This document shows, piece by piece, positions 12,738 to 24,084 of a DNA stretch of 64,000 nucleotides. Source of the DNA: Chiloscyllium plagiosum (taxonomy: Eukaryota); the NCBI RefSeq assembly GCF_004010195.1, contig NC_057719.1:49591400-49655399 (forward strand), written 5' to 3'. The number at the start of each line of letters is the position of its first letter. The stretch's first letter is position 1. Below the pieces are notes generated by a model. That model did no database searches and had not been told where the DNA came from. It saw nothing but the letters and a program-made list of their open reading frames with translations. The position numbers and the translations under genes were made by a program.

Positions 12738-13357
12738 TATTATTGAAATAAATTAAAACAAAGCAATCTTCAAGAGTTTTTCTTGATTTAAAAAATAAAT
12801 ACCAAGTCCAGATGGTAGTTACCCCAGGGAGATAAAGTGATCGCAGCAGGATGAGCAGTTTGGGAAAGTTTCAAATACTGGAAGGAACGTTTAAAACTTC
12901 AGGCAGAGCAATGAAAAGTTTAGAAAAATGAAAGCTAAACTTATATTACATGAGAAGTCTGGACACTCGGAAGGACCAAGTCAAATTCAAAACTGGTGGA
13001 AACAAACTTTGAGGTACCAGGTTACTTCAGATTCAACAATAATTCTGAAGCTGAACAGGGTAACACAGCACTTTATTCCACTGGAACAGTAGTGATAATG
13101 TTATTGCAAGTCAGAGCATTAATGAGACCTCGGATAAACTTGAAGAGGTTTTAAATGCATTTGATAACTATTTCAGCCTGACGAACATAGGATTCTGGAA
13201 AGGGCCAAAGTCAATGACAGTTTCCAGAAACAAATGGATGCTTTTAATAAATTATCTTTACATACAGATTGAAGCATGCAAGAAGGGAGAACTAACAGTG
13301 GAATAAATATAAAACAGCACTGTGTTGCTGATGAATCTTTGTCAGATGTGTCTTTAC

Positions 13358-14168
13358 TAGACAAATGTGAGGTGATGCATTTAGGCAAGTCTAATTCTAG
13401 AGCGAATTATACAATGAATGGAAGAGCCTTGAGAAAACTTGATGGGCAGAGAGATCTGAGAGTTCAGGTCCATTGTACCCTGAAGGTTGCTGCACAGGTG
13501 GATAGAGTGGTCAAGAAGGCATATAGTATGCTTGCCTTCATTGGATGGGGTATTGAGTACAAGAGCTGGCAAATCATGTTAATATTGTACAAGACATTGG
13601 TTCGGCCGCATTTAGAATACTGTGTACTGTTCTGGGCGCCACATTACCAAAAGGACGTGGATGCTTTGGAGAGGGTGCTTATGGGCGGCACGGTGGCACA
13701 GTGGTTAGCACTGCTGCCTCGCAGCGCCAGAGACCCGGGTTCAATTCCCGCCTCAGGCGACTGGTATGGAAGGTGCTAGCTATGAAGAGAGGTTGAGTAG
13801 GTTAGGTTTTTTTCACTAGAAAAAAAGGAGATTGAGGGGGGACCTGATTGAGGTTTGCAAAATCATGAAGGGTATAGACAGGGGTATAGACAGGGTGGAT
13901 AGAGACAAGCTTTTTCCCAGGGTGAGGAATTCAATAACGAGAGGTGGAAAGTTTAAGGGGGATGCACGCGGCAAGTACTTCACACAGAGGGTAGTGGATG
14001 TTTGGAACGTGTTGCCAGCAGAGGTGGTAGAGGCAGGCACGGTAGATTCATTGAAGATGCGTCTGGACAGATGCATGAGTAGGTGGGGAGCAGAGGGATA
14101 CAAATGCTTAGGAATTGACCGACAGGTTTAGACAGTACATTTGGATCGGCTCAGGCTTGAAGGGCCTG
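13358..14168 (+). mobile_element. CR1 LINE 3' fragment (same subfamily as 3288-4237) with embedded V-SINE head at 13683-13762
   Basis: DKCEVMHLGKSN...LVRPHLEYCVLFWAPHYQKD; nearly identical to 3445-4200. Confidence 0.9.
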
Positions 14169-14973
14169 CTAGTGTCTTAAAGGGATAATGGCCCAGTTAA
14201 AGAGTATTTAACAGGTACTTAATCTGTTCAAGTCCAGGAGATGGTTAGTAAGGGCTGATTAATATTATAATGTTTCATGGAGACTTGATGGATATGGTAT
14301 TGTTCTGTATGCTACCCTTATTCAGAGGTAAACACTGCTTGTAGCAAGGGCTGATAAGGTGTGAAAATGCAGTAAAATATAGCGAGCTGGTGATTGAGTT
14401 AATAAAGATAACCTTTAATACAATATCTCATAACACAATATCTCACAAGGGGAATACTGAAAGGTAAGTAAAACCTTGGTGCAGGAAGCTTCTGGTGGCC
14501 ATAAAGTCCACTAAATGCAGGAATGTAAAAAAAACAGAAAACTAAGTACAAAGGAACAGGAAAGCGAAAGGTGCTACAAACCCAACAACTCCATGGAAAC
14601 AAACCAAACTATAGGCATGAACAGTGTCCAGTAAACATTATAGAAAGCTTTCTGTGCAGAAAAAAAATGGTCATTCTGTCAAGGTGTACTGAAGTAAAAC
14701 CTCTATCCCCTCATGGTCAATATAATGCTGTTCTTGCCCTGCTCTGAGGGTGCAGCTGTCACTGCAAAATGGCAGATTTCACTGAGGACAATGTTACTGA
14801 AGTGAAGACATCTCAAACATTTGTTTTCATTAGGATTGCCTTCCAGCTACTTGATCTGCCTATGTGATCTGTGTTCGTTCTCCATGCTGTATTCCAAGCA
14901 GATTGTCAACTATTTCCACCAACTTATCATGTTACTGTGAAATGTTTTGGCTTGGTTCAGTTCAACAGAAAAA

Positions 14974-15221
14974 CTATAATTCCTGATCAAAGAAGTCATC
15001 AAACACTAAGATTCGTTCGGTCTTAGTTCTCATCAAACTGCGCCGTGACTGTCTGGTATTATCCATCCAATATGCCAAGGAATCATTGCTGGAACTATTG
15101 CTGGAATTGTTCCATGTTGTTGGATTCTTCATAAATTGTTTACTTATCCTGAAGTGTTTATTATTATCCGCATTATCATTTATGAAGAGCATTGGTGAAA
15201 TAAAGTCATTCCATGGATTAT
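14974..15221 (-). CDS. CCDC198: CCDC198 last coding exon with stop
   Basis: ttttttaatttag|ATAATCC; phase 1 joins the previous exon (G+AT = D). Ends ...WNNSSNSSS...RRSLMRTKTERILVFDDFFDQEL-TAG, matching the human C-terminus 'WDSSSSDS...RALVRTRTERIPLFDEFFDQE'. Confidence 0.92.
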
Positions 15222-15749
15222 CTAAATTAAAAAAGGAGAATTAAACAAAACATAAATTGTTCATAATTCTATTTAAATGGAACAAGATGTGCTTTTGAAC
15301 CTTTGAATAATGGGCTGTAGATTTTCTGCTCCATTGTCCATATCTAGTGTTTAATTCCTGGTATAATAAAATTAAAATTGGGGCACAGATACACTAGGCC
15401 AGATTTACAATGTAGGTTTGGGAGACTGACAAATGGCCTATTTGAGCAGGAGGGAAGCTCAGTGTCGCTGGAGACCTACCTGCTTGGTGCCAACAACAAA
15501 GGCAGACAGAAGCCATGTTGGCAGTTGCCTAAACCTTGCCAATTAGTGTGGTCAGTTCCTCAAAGTAGAACATGCTGGAAAGCAGCCATGGACAAGAGGG
15601 TAAGAACAGCCCTAATGTTAGCTTCATTGGACGCACAGAATAAATTTAAAAATGAATGTCAAGCAGTCTACGGAAGGGCACAGCTGAGCATATGCAAACC
15701 ACAGCCAAGTTTGTGTCTTTTTTACCACCATGCTCCCTCTGGAATTACG

Positions 15750-16240
15750 AGTGAATTATAACTCTGCCAAAAAGGTCAAGCATTTTTGATCCCTTTGTAA
15801 TCTATGATAAAGGATAGAATTGATGAATGACTCTAAAGGCCTGGATTAGTGGAGAACAAACAGCCCAGATTTGTCAAGAGTATATCATACTTGACTAAGT
15901 TCCTTGCACATTTTTGAGGACATTACAGGGGTGTGAAAGGAATATAGTGGATGTGTTGCATGAATTCTCAGAAGGCATTTGATAAGCTGCCTCATAAGAA
16001 ACTTGATCCAAATAGCATAGGGCATGCTGTTAAAGAAAGTGTTGGCACTTAAATAGAGAAGTAGACATGCAGTGAAAAGCCAAGAGCATAAGGAAATTTT
16101 TTTTAATTTTCAAGATGCAAATGCTGGCATGTCCCAAAATCCCTTTCTTGGAATCACCCATTTACTAGTCATATAAATGATCTGGGCACAAGGGAGACGT
16201 TTGCTGATATCTTGACAACAGGGCACAGAGAGACAACAGA
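15750..16240 (+). mobile_element. Highly degenerate CR1 RT fragment
   Basis: ttctcagaaggcatttgataagctgcctcat (QKAFDKLPH); atataaatgatctgg (INDL). Confidence 0.6.
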
Positions 16241-16924
16241 ATAGTGTGAATAAGTAGTTCAGGAGGAGTAAATTGGGAAAGCAAATCTTCCCTACATGTT
16301 AAAATTTTCAACCGGGATTTTGCAAACAGGACTAACTCCATACACTTCAAAAATGGCAGAAATACCCAGGTGTAGAAGCACATTTCTGAGAGCTCCAATT
16401 TTTGCCAGGGGGGAAATGGAGGTGGGATATAAACTGTTACATGAAGGATACTCAGCAGAGTCTTTTGAAAATAGTGCTGAGTTTAGATAGACCCTATGTT
16501 GGCTGTTGCAGGGCCTTAACCAACAGTGCGAGAGTTTCAAATTATAGGGTAATTATAAACATTCTTGAAGGGCAGATAAAATTGATTAATTGTTGAGATC
16601 TGAAGTTAATTAAATCCACAGACTTTTGCAAATGAAAGATAAACAGGCTGTAGTGAAAGTGAAAATAAAAGTCTGCTGTATTGCTTTGATTGGCAGGTCA
16701 GGTGGTGTACTAGCAGTTTCAGTCGTTGTTAGTTGACATCACCTTAAGGACACTTTATGAATTCTTGGTTGATTTCCAAAAGGTACAACTACCTCAGCAG
16801 GGGATTCCAATTTGCTTACGGCATTAGGTCATTTAGGATTAGGAGTCTTGAGTTATGATATGAGTTATGAACATAAGGTTTTGTTTTGCTTTTATGAAAT
16901 AACCTTCTTCGGGCAGTAATTTTC

Positions 16925-17330
16925 TTTCCTTTATTGGTCAGAGTATTGAGTACAGGAGTTGAGAGGTCATGTTGCGGCTGTACAGGACATTGGTTAGGCC
17001 ACTGTTGGAATATTGTGTACAATTCTGGTCTCCCTCCTATCGGAAAGATGTTGTGAAACTTGAAAGGGTTCAGAAAAGATCTACAAGTATGTTGCCAGGG
17101 TTGGAGGCAGAGGGTGGTATGTGTATGGAATGAGCTGCCAGAGGATGTGGTGGAGGCTGGTACAATTGCAACATTTAAGAGGCATTTGGATGGGCATATG
17201 AATAGGAAGGGTTTGGAGGGATATGGGCCAGGTGCTGTCAGGTGGGACTAGATTGGGTTGGGATATCTGATCAGCATGGACGGGTTGGACTGAAGGGTCT
17301 GTTTCCATGCTGTACATCTCTATGACTCTA
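16925..17330 (+). mobile_element. CR1 (HER1-type) 3' fragment with internal deletion
   Basis: IEYRS..LVRPLLEYCVQFWSP; WNELPEDVVEAGTIATFKRHLDG; ctctatgactcta tail. Confidence 0.9.
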
Positions 17331-17686
17331 TTAGTTGAGATTTTCCTTTTTTTAAAGATTTGAATTGCATTTCGCAAATGAGATATTTTTGCTATCAAGT
17401 CTGTATAATGATAGCTATATTATATTTTTAAAACTGAATTTAATTTCACCTCGGCATAGCTCATGAAGGCTGACCAAGGTGGATACTGGGTGTGTTTGCA
17501 TGATGACATAAAGGGCAATGGGGTAGGGGGAGGGTGAATGGCATGAGTTGGCATAAAGAGGAGGATCCATGCTGGTATATGGGGATTTGAGTTTGAATGA
17601 GTTAGCATGGAGGACCATGAGGAGTTGATGAGGATGTAAGTAGTGTGGTCTTCAGGGCCTAGAATCTTATAACTTAACAAAGAAAT

Positions 17687-17923
17687 GAGTTTGCACATTC
17701 TCCCCGTGTCTGCGTGGGTTTCCTCCAGGTACTCTGGTTTCCTCCCACAGTCCAAAGATGTGCAGGTCAGGTGAATTGGCCATGCGAAATTGCCCATAGT
17801 GTTAGGTGCATTAGTCAGAGGGAAGTGGGTCTGGGTGGCTTACTCTTCGTAAGGTTGGTGTGGACTGGTTGGGCCGAAGGGCCTGTTTCCACACTGTAGG
17901 GAATCTAATCTGATCTAATCTAA
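17687..17923 (+). mobile_element. V-SINE (HE1-like), 5'-truncated
   Basis: V-domain plus (taatc)n tail. Confidence 0.85.
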
Positions 17924-18627
17924 TTTCATGAAGCAGGCCTTCTAACCAGATCATCTTGACATTCAACCATTCCTACGCTCTACTTCAGGGCTTGAAGTCT
18001 GCTTCTATCTTGCACTTGCAACTTTAGAACCGAAGTTGAAAAAAAATGAATAAAGGCAAATGGGATTCCATATGTTTTACTTTGAAGCAATGAATATACT
18101 TTAAAATCAAATTGATGCCAAATTTTGAAAAGTAAGTGGTTAGGTGGCATTTAGGTGCTGATGTTACTGCACTAGTGATCCAGATATCTGAACTAAAGCT
18201 CTTTTGAGAGGAGTTCAAATCCCACCTTGTCAGGTGACTTTAAATTCAATTCATAATTAATACGTCTGGAATTCAAAAGCGTAGTCTTAGTAATGATGAC
18301 CTTGAACTTACTGGATGATTGTGGAACAAAACATCTAGTTTAATAATGCCTGATTTACCCTGTCTGGTTGACATGTGATTCCAGATGCATCATATTATGG
18401 TTCACTGTCAAATGCCAAGCAAGCCATTCAGTTGTATCAAATTACCATAGAAAAATCAAAAAGGAATAAAATGGAACACACCAAGGATGTAGGTGCCAGA
18501 AATGACGAAGACATAACAAGTTCAGTCAACCCTTTCAACAAAGAAATATCTGTTGACCTGTATCAAAATAGGGGCAGATGTCCTACGGGCTAGTCAAGCA
18601 ACATATTCACACTCACTAACTCATACC

Positions 18628-18915
18628 TTAGATTAGATTAGATTACTTACAGTGTGGAAATAGGCCCTTCGGCCCAACAAGTCCACACCAATCCGCCGAA
18701 GCGCAACGCACCCATACCCCTACATTTAACCCTTCACCTAACACTACGGGCAATTTAGAATGGCCAATTTGCCTGACCTGCCCATCTTTGGATTGAGAGG
18801 AAACCAGAGCACCTGGAGGAAACCCACGCAGACACGGGGAGAATGTGCAAACTCCACTCGGTCTGTCGCCTGAGGCGGGAATTGAATCCGGGTCTCTGGC
18901 GCTGTGAGACAGCAG
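18628..18915 (-). mobile_element. V-SINE (HE1-like)
   Basis: (gatta)n tail, V-domain and tRNA head on minus. Confidence 0.9.
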
Positions 18916-19121
18916 TTGCATCATTCCTGGTTATGTCCTGTCCCACTGGCAAGATGGGTCCACAACAGGTTGGGAGTGAGTAGCACTGCCTGTACTCAAA
19001 ATTGACTGGATCAGGTTAAAATCAGCAAGTTTACTGCACCCTCTCAGCTAATGAATCATTAGTCCTCCATGTTGAACACCACTTGGAGGAAGCAACTAGA
19101 GTAGCAAAGACCTTGAATGTA

Positions 19122-19260
19122 CTTTTGATGAAGAGTCACCAGACTTGAAATATTAACTCTGCTTTCTCTCCACAGATGCTATCAGATCTGCTGAGTTTCA
19201 CCAGCAATTTCTGTTTTAGTTTTAGATCTCCAACATCTGCAGTTCTTTGTTTTAGTTCAA
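19122..19260 (+). mobile_element. Short Penelope-derived insert, degenerate hammerhead
   Basis: tTGATGA-agagtcaccagactt-GAAA; tgaatgta repeated on both flanks. Confidence 0.6.
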
Positions 19261-19647
19261 TGAATGTAATTAGTGGGTGATTTTATGTTCAAGAGTGAGT
19301 CCATAGCTCCAATGCTGATCAAGCTGTTGATTCCTCTGGTGATGCATCCTCATCCATCTACCTGCTAGCTGCATCTATCCATGCTAATATTGGTAGGAAT
19401 AACTGTCATACACTCCTTGTTGAGACCAAATCCCATCCTCATACTGAGCATTTTCTCTATCATGTTCGAAGGCATTCAACTGGGAATTTATGAGGCTCTG
19501 TGAACTACCATCAGCAAATGAATTGTATTCAGCCACAATCTATAATCTCACAGTCCAGTATATCCCTCACTCTACCATTGCTGTTAAAGCAGGAGATCAA
19601 CTCTGGATCTTTGAGGATTATAGGAGAACACATCAGGAGCAGTACTG

Positions 19648-19815
19648 AAAACCAAAAATGGTGGAAATCACAGCAGGTCAGACAGCATCTGATGAAGAGT
19701 CATCTGGGCTCGAACGTTAGCTTGCTTTCTCTCCATGGATGCTGCCTGACCTGTTGTGATCTCCAGCATCTTTTGTTTTCAGTAATGATTCCAGTATCTG
19801 CAGTAATTTGTTCCG
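19648..19815 (+). mobile_element. Short fold-back Penelope-derived insert with hammerhead core
   Basis: 18-bp TSD acatcaggagcagtactg (19630-19647, 19816-19833); CTGATGA-agagtcatctgggctc-GAAcgtta; arms cagcaggtcagacagcatc / gatgctgcctgacctgttg. Confidence 0.8.
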
Positions 19816-21454
19816 ACATCAGGAGCAGTACTGGGCTTAGCTAAAAGTGAAGTGGCAACCTGATGAAGCTACAATTATTACTCATTTAGCATTATTATTA
19901 AAACAACAGATGTAACATAGAACAGACAGAGCAAGACAACCCACAACCAAAGGATCTGTATATCTGTGTGTGATACACACATACACAGATATGCTAATAT
20001 ATATATATATATAAAAGATCAAACCCCTCAGGTGTCCTGCCATGATGGTGAGCAATTAAATGAGGTGGACAAGGATCCACAAATCCCCCTTATCTCACTG
20101 ATAGGGGAGTCAGCATGGCAGTAGGAAAAACACGGCGGAAACATCTGCAACCATTTTCAATCAGAAAGGTCAGGTGGATAATCTATCTAAACCTTCACCT
20201 GATGTGCCCAGCGTCACAGTCCATCACCACATGCAGTTAAACTGAACAATGTTCAGAACTATGGAAAGTGAACAGAAAAGTAAACTGATTCCATGAATGA
20301 GAGGTCATCCTCAAAGGTAGTGGATCTTCTGATTAGAATAGAAAATATTCAGGGGCAAACCAATTAAAAATGTTAAACCCTTATCATTGTTAATATGTTA
20401 AAGAGAAAAATATTATTTTCATGGTTGCACAAACCATCACAATGAAATACATTCAGGATTATCATTTGTAAAATGTTGAAAGACTATACTCCACGGAGGG
20501 GAACATTGAACATGGAATGGTTTATTATTAGTTGTAACTGAGCAGCATTTATAAGTAGATTGGATCAGTATTTGAAAATGAAAATGATACAAAGAACAGG
20601 CCAAACTAGGATTAGAATAGATAATTTAATTGAAGAATTAGCCCACAAACACACACAATGGGGTTAATGGCTAAGTTCTAGCCAGTAACTTCTTTGGGCA
20701 GAAAGTGAAAGGGGTCTGAGTGCCTGGAATATGAGAAGATTTGTGGCAAAATCAAATGAGTAATCAGTAAGGCCAATTTTGAAGTTAGGAGTATTTGGCT
20801 TCCATCTGTTATATATTTAGATTTATTACTACATACCTCTAGACCAGATGGGATTTGATCCCAGACTCCTAATCTAGAGATAGGGACACTACCACTACAC
20901 CATAAGGGCCCTCACCTCATCTTTTATGCTCTTGGTATTCCAAGTCCCTCACTAGATAGTGACGAATTGCTAATTAAGGAGGATTATTGTTTGTTAAGTA
21001 CCTTGTTAGTGGACCAATCTGGGAGTTGTGATGCCTATAGGGTTCACAGGAAGAACAATCAGGAAGGGGATTTAAAGGTTTGGGAGATCACCAACACATT
21101 GAGATGGAAGCAGAAAGCCATAGGGGCAGTGTAGGTATTCAATGAGGTTAGTTACAGTGAGAAAACTCTCTAGGCCTTACAACAGGAGGTCCTCCAAAAT
21201 CCTTGGTGCAACTTAGACTTTGCAAAAAAAAAATTTAAGGTTCAGCCCTATCAGTCTAATTCTTCAACACATGATATGAAGCAAAGAACACTTGCTTGAA
21301 TGATTTTCATTCTGTGTCAATTCTTTCTCTGTAATACGACTACATATTTCTATTTTGATCTAATGGTCTCAGCCCAGCATTTACCACTGCCATCCTGCAT
21401 AATAATTAGGTTGGTTACCCAGCAACTTTCAAAGGAAATAATCCTATTTAAAGA

Positions 21455-23120
21455 GTTAATCCAGGTAGTTACAGGCCAGTGAGCCTGATGTCTGTAGTGG
21501 GAAAGCTATTGGAGGAGATACCGAGAGACAGGATTTATTCACATTTGGAAGTGAATGGACTTGTTCGTGATCGGGGTCATGGTCATGAGTCACCAACTTG
21601 ATTGAGTTTTTCGAGGAGATGATTAGATTACATTACAGTGTGGAAATAGGCCCTTCGGCCCAACAAGTCCACACCGACCCGCTGAAGCACAACCCACCCA
21701 TACCCCTACATTTACCCCTTACCTAACACTACGGGCAATTTAGCATGGCCAATTCACCTGACCTGCACATCTTTGGACTGTGGGAGGAAACCGGAGCACC
21801 TGGAGGAAACCCACGCAGACACGGGGAGAATGTGCAAACTCCACACAGTCAGTCGCCTGAGGCGGGAATTGAACCCAGGTCTCAGGCGCTGTGTGGCAGC
21901 AGTGCTAACCACTGTGCCACCGTGCTGCCCACAATGAGAATGACTGATGAGGGAAGGGCATTGGATGTCATCTACATGGACTTTAAATAAGATAATGGAT
22001 AAGGTACCTCATGGCAGGCTGGTACAAAAGATAGTCTCATGAGATCCAGGATGAGCTGGCTAGATGGATATAAAATATTAATGGTGATAGAAGACAGAGA
22101 ATAGCAGTGGAAGGGAACTTTCTGGAATGGAGATAAGTAATTAGTGGTATCCGGACGGATCAGTGCTGGGGCCTTTGTTGTTGTAATGTATATAAATGGT
22201 CTGGAGGAAAACGTAGGTGGTCTGATTAGTGAGTTTGTCGATGACATCAAAATTGGCAGAGTTGCAGGTAGTGAGGAGGATCGTCAAAGGATACAGTGGG
22301 ATTTAGATAGATTACAGATTTGGGCAGAGAAATGACAGCTGGAGTTTAATCCTGACAAATGCAAGGTGATAAACTTTGGAAAATCAAATTCAGGTATGAA
22401 TTATACAATAAATGGCAAAACCCTTAGGAGTATTGGGATACAGAGGGATCTGTTGTACAGATCCACAGATCCCTGAAAGTGGCAACGCAAGTAGATTAGG
22501 TGGTCAAGAAGGCATACAGCATACTTACCTTCGTGGGCCAGGGCACCGAATATAAAAGTTAGCAAGTTATGATACAGCTGTATAAAACATTAGTTAGGCC
22601 ATATTTAGAATATTGCATGCAGTTGTGGTCACCACACTACCAGAAGGATGTGGATGCTTTGGAGAAGGTGCAGAGAAAGTTGCCTGCTCTCGAGGGTTTT
22701 GGTAATGAGGAGAGCTTGGATAGACTCAAATTGTTTTTAATGGAAAAATGGAGGCTTGGCGGGACTGGATAGACATCCACAAAATTAAGGCACAGATATG
22801 GTGGATAGTCTGAGGCTTCTTACCAGGGTGGAAAGGTCAACTTCAAGAGGGCACAGGTTCAAGGTGAAAGGGGAAAGGTTTAGCGGAGAAGTGCAAGGAA
22901 CATTTTTCACACAGAGGTTCGAGGGTGTCTGGGGTGCACTGCCAATGGAGATAGTGGAAGTAATGTTCGCAACTTTTAAGGCATATCTTGATGCACACAT
23001 GAACGGGAGGTAAACAGAGGAATACAAACTGTGAATGGGCAATAGATAGTGGATCTAAATAAGGAGTAGGAATCAGCGCAGCCTTAGTGGGCCAATGGGC
23101 CTGTTTCTGTCCTGTAGTGC
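21455..23120 (+). mobile_element. CR1 ORF2 3' half, interrupted by a V-SINE
   Basis: YRPVSL, DEGRALDVIYMDF, SEFVDDIKIG, LVRPYLEYCMQLWSPHYQKD, FFTQR. Confidence 0.9.
21620..21930 (-). mobile_element. V-SINE (HE1-like), full length
   Basis: Minus gggcagcacggtggcacagtggttagc...gggttcaattccc (A/B boxes), V-domain, (taatc)n tail. Confidence 0.92.
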
Positions 23121-23756
23121 ATTGTATTGGTATTAAGACAGGCCACAAAGTAATTTTGAGGAATGTAAAATGAAAACTAAACAATAATGGCCTAATTTCT
23201 CATCAATGTGAACCAAAGAATTACAGAAGGATAGCAGGATTAGAGGCCATGCAGCTACAGATTTTGAAATCTCGGATCTAGGATGATGACCTGCTCACAC
23301 CAAAGACAACAACATTTCCTAGAAGTGAACCTGAACTTGAAAAATTGTTCAAATTTGATCACATTTTAAATTATGTGGTTTTCAAAAGTCTTGTGCTTCT
23401 GTAGGAAGAATTAAATTTACTTCAATATTTGTTTTGACTGCTATATTTGTCAAAAGATTATATATGTGTGAGGAGATGTGCTTTGTATTCATGGACATGC
23501 AAACCCTTTTTATGTACAGATAAATTAGCCCCCCCAAAAATGACCCACAGTTTGGAAGTAGGAAAATGGTCTAATATTAATAGAAAATATTATTCAAAAT
23601 ACATTTCTGTAAACACAAAATATTTTGAATCATGACTTGAAAAATGTCAAGCTCTTCAAAATGGAAAGTTAGGCCTGATGACAGTTAGGCCCAGAATTCT
23701 TCTTTTTAATAATTCATCAGCATCTTTGCAGTTAATCCAAAGAATAACTTAATTAC

Positions 23757-23937
23757 CATCATCTTTACTGAATGTATCATCATATGCTATTGCAATATAG
23801 CATTGATCTTGATGACTGTTATTTTGTGCTGCTTCCCTTGCTTTTTTAGCTCCGACATCCTTTATTTTCTTGTTACTATTGCCAGTCTCCAGGGCAAGAT
23901 TCCTCTTCAGTTCTGTCTGTTCCTGCAGGTGAATTGC
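23757..23937 (-). CDS. CCDC198: CCDC198 penultimate coding exon
   Basis: tttctttacag|GCAATTCAC...GATGATG|gtaatt; 181 nt, phase 0-1. AIHLQEQTELKRNLALETGNSNKKIKDVGAKKARE...YDDTFSKDD vs human 'AQMELKKSLHGEARINKQSPRDHKAKK'. A second in-frame acceptor would start the exon at 23922. Confidence 0.85.
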
Positions 23938-24084
23938 CTGTAAAGAAACAAGTAAAACCATGATCAGTAATTTCATTCGATTGTGAAAAAAATATACAAT
24001 AAAACTTTATGTTGGAAGCTGAATACAAATCTTAGGCAAAAAAATAAGATTACAAAGTGAATCAAAACTTAAAGGTTATGTTAC

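Larger units (their letters stand above)
11463..14700 (+). mobile_element. Gypsy-type LTR retrotransposon remnant (5' LTR, PBS, decayed gag), split by CR1 and Penelope-type inserts
   Basis: TGTAGT start; AATAAA at 11611; PBS-like TGGCAGCAGC at 11794; gag-like EEVLNAFDNYF..ILERAK, VADESLSD (13140-13350); zinc-knuckle-like EQCP..FLCRKK.GH (~14620-14680). Confidence 0.6.
18150..20225 (+). mobile_element. Decayed LINE with tRNA/Deu-like head followed by APE endonuclease, carrying nested inserts
   Basis: gagttcaaatccc B-box; Deu-like ctgtctggttgacatgtgattccaga; LVKQ (ctagtcaagcaa); LHVEHHLEEA; ASIHANIGRN..TLLVETKS. Collinear with 50997-52250. Confidence 0.6.
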
